Assembly (NCBI GenBank): GCA_964595215.1
Contig: CAZQPN010000001.1
Coordinates: 1-45,324 of the forward strand
DNA length: 45,324 nt
Origin: an uncultured Rubrivivax sp.
Lineage (GTDB): Bacteria; Pseudomonadota; Gammaproteobacteria; Burkholderiales; Burkholderiaceae_C
Direction: 5' to 3'
Part shown: positions 44,132-45,324 of the stretch, piece after piece
Layout: each line of letters opens with the position of its first letter
How positions within the stretch are numbered: position 1 is the stretch's first letter
Made by a program: the position numbers and the translations under genes
The notes under the pieces: generated by a model
The model's input: only the letters and a program-made list of their open reading frames with translations
Databases searched by the model: none
Told to the model about the DNA's origin: nothing

Positions 44132-45324
44132 TTACGCCGTCGCAAGGGCGCCGAGCGTCCTAGCGAGCTCTTTCAGCCGCTGGTCGAGCAGCTCCTTGAT
44201 CGGAACCTGCACGAAGCCGTTGTCGCAGATGTCGTGCAGCAGGACACTGGCGTCGACAAAGTCGATGTACTCGTCGACGATGTCCCTTGCCTCGGACTGC
44301 AGAGCCCGTCGATCCGACTCGGACGTCGCATTCAGCGCCTCGTCTAGCTTGTCGATCAGGCGCTCGTCCAAGTGGTCCAGCAGGCTGTAGAGCATGCCCG
44401 AGTTGGCCGCGATGTCCGCGAAGTCCGGCTCGTCCTTGCACTCCTCGAGCAACGAATGCTCGAGCCGGCGCAACTCGGCGCGCACCTTGTCGCGGGTTTG
44501 GGCCCACAGAAGCCGGGACTGGGTGAACGCGACGCGCGGCGAGACCCTGGGGCCAGCCGTCGGTCCTGCGGCCGCGGGTGCCGCCGCGCTCGGTGTCGCC
44601 GGCGCGGCGGCTGGCCGCACCCGCTCCAGCAAGGCCTCGGCCTCGTCGAGCAGCCGGTGCGCCGCCTCGAAGTCTCGTTTTCGCGCCAGCACACCGGCCT
44701 CGCTGACCTTGAGCTTCAGATCCTGTGCTGATGGTCCCGCGGCCGCGATGGCCTGCTTGATGCTCGGCGTCATCGCCGCCAGCCTGGCGTTGAACGCGGT
44801 CGCAGGATCCACGTCCGCGCCGCCACCGGACGCATCGGGCGACGCGCCGAGCAGCTTGTGGACCATGTCCAGCGCCTTGCCCGCGCCGACGAAGTCCTTC
44901 GCCGCCGCCTTCTCGCTGGCAAACCCCATCAGCGCGCGCAGCTTGGTGGATTCGGGGTGCTGCGCCTTGAGCGCTGCGTCATACGCGTCGCGCACCTTGC
45001 GCAGCCGCTGCACGTAGGCGAGCTGCTCGGCGCTGGCCGGGCCGCCCGGCGGCGCGGGGCGGCTCGTCGTGCCGGCCGTCGCTGCGTCGGCCGCCTGGGC
45101 CCCGGGTGCCGCCGGGGTGCCGGTCGCTGCCGCGTCGTCGGCTTCTTCCTCGCCGTCGGTGTCCTCGCCGTCTTCGCCCCGCAGCTTGACCTTCAGCCGC
45201 AGCCCGGTCTGGTTCAAGAGCGCCGCCCTCACCCGCTTGGCCAGCCCGCCGACCTTGCCTTCGCTCATGACGAAGTGCAGCGTGCCGGTCTCGTAGTAGC
45301 ACTCGCCCTTGGCGTACTTGACGC
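44132..45324 (-). CDS. Unknown modular protein, paralogue A (5' partial)
   Basis: The frame is open to the window end (VKYAKGECYYETGTLHFVMSEGKVGGLAKRVRAALL, identical to paralogue B); two helical repeat units; acidic C-domain ending DNGFVQV.I...L. Confidence 0.88.
   Translation of the reverse strand, partial: VKYAKGECYYETGTLHFVMSEGKVGGLAKRVRAALLNQTGLRLKVKLRGEDGEDTDGEEEADDAAATGTPAAPGAQAADAATAGTTSRPAPPGGPASAEQLAYVQRLRKVRDAYDAALKAQHPESTKLRALMGFASEKAAAKDFVGAGKALDMVHKLLGASPDASGGGADVDPATAFNARLAAMTPSIKQAIAAAGPSAQDLKLKVSEAGVLARKRDFEAAHRLLDEAEALLERVRPAAAPATPSAAAPAAAGPTAGPRVSPRVAFTQSRLLWAQTRDKVRAELRRLEHSLLEECKDEPDFADIAANSGMLYSLLDHLDERLIDKLDEALNATSESDRRALQSEARDIVDEYIDFVDASVLLHDICDNGFVQVPIKELLDQRLKELARTLGALATA
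45234..45324. repeat. 91-bp perfect direct repeat, copy 2 (truncated by the window end)
   Basis: Identical to 40090-40180. Confidence 0.95.

Noticed and set aside
41452..44163. 903-aa + strand ORF
   Set aside because: Shadow of the PI4K-like gene, which carries the real motifs.
1..45324. CRISPR arrays, tRNA/rRNA, IS elements, integrases, prophage
   Set aside because: None seen by eye; the phage-tail-like genes are all explained by the T6SS.

Overview
High-GC bacterial DNA, probably Betaproteobacteria of the Burkholderiales type (inferred from composition and gene set). About 34 kb (2131-36346, + strand) is a type VI secretion system of the P. aeruginosa H1-like (i3) type. It contains tssA-B-C, four tandem hcp paralogues, a poly-zinc-ribbon gene, tagJ, tssE-F-G-H, vgrG, a DUF4123 adaptor, two unknown genes, an antisense Ala/Leu-rich repeat gene, fha, pppA, a DUF4280 PAAR-like gene, tssK-L-M, tagF, a single-chain TssB+TssC-like fusion and a ppkA-like kinase. 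No tssJ is visible. To the left, a two-partner secretion pair (TpsB and the start of a probable TpsA) is transcribed divergently. The most interesting region is the converging minus-strand array on the right (36421-45324). It alternates two paralogous proteins of unknown family, which share a near-identical core domain, with two different atypical kinases: a eukaryote-like type II PI4-kinase and a split actin-fragmin/HopBF1-like kinase. A GNAT gene ends the array. I interpret this as a candidate undescribed 'carrier + kinase cargo' effector array, probably anti-eukaryotic. All family assignments come from motif reading by eye; no searches were run.
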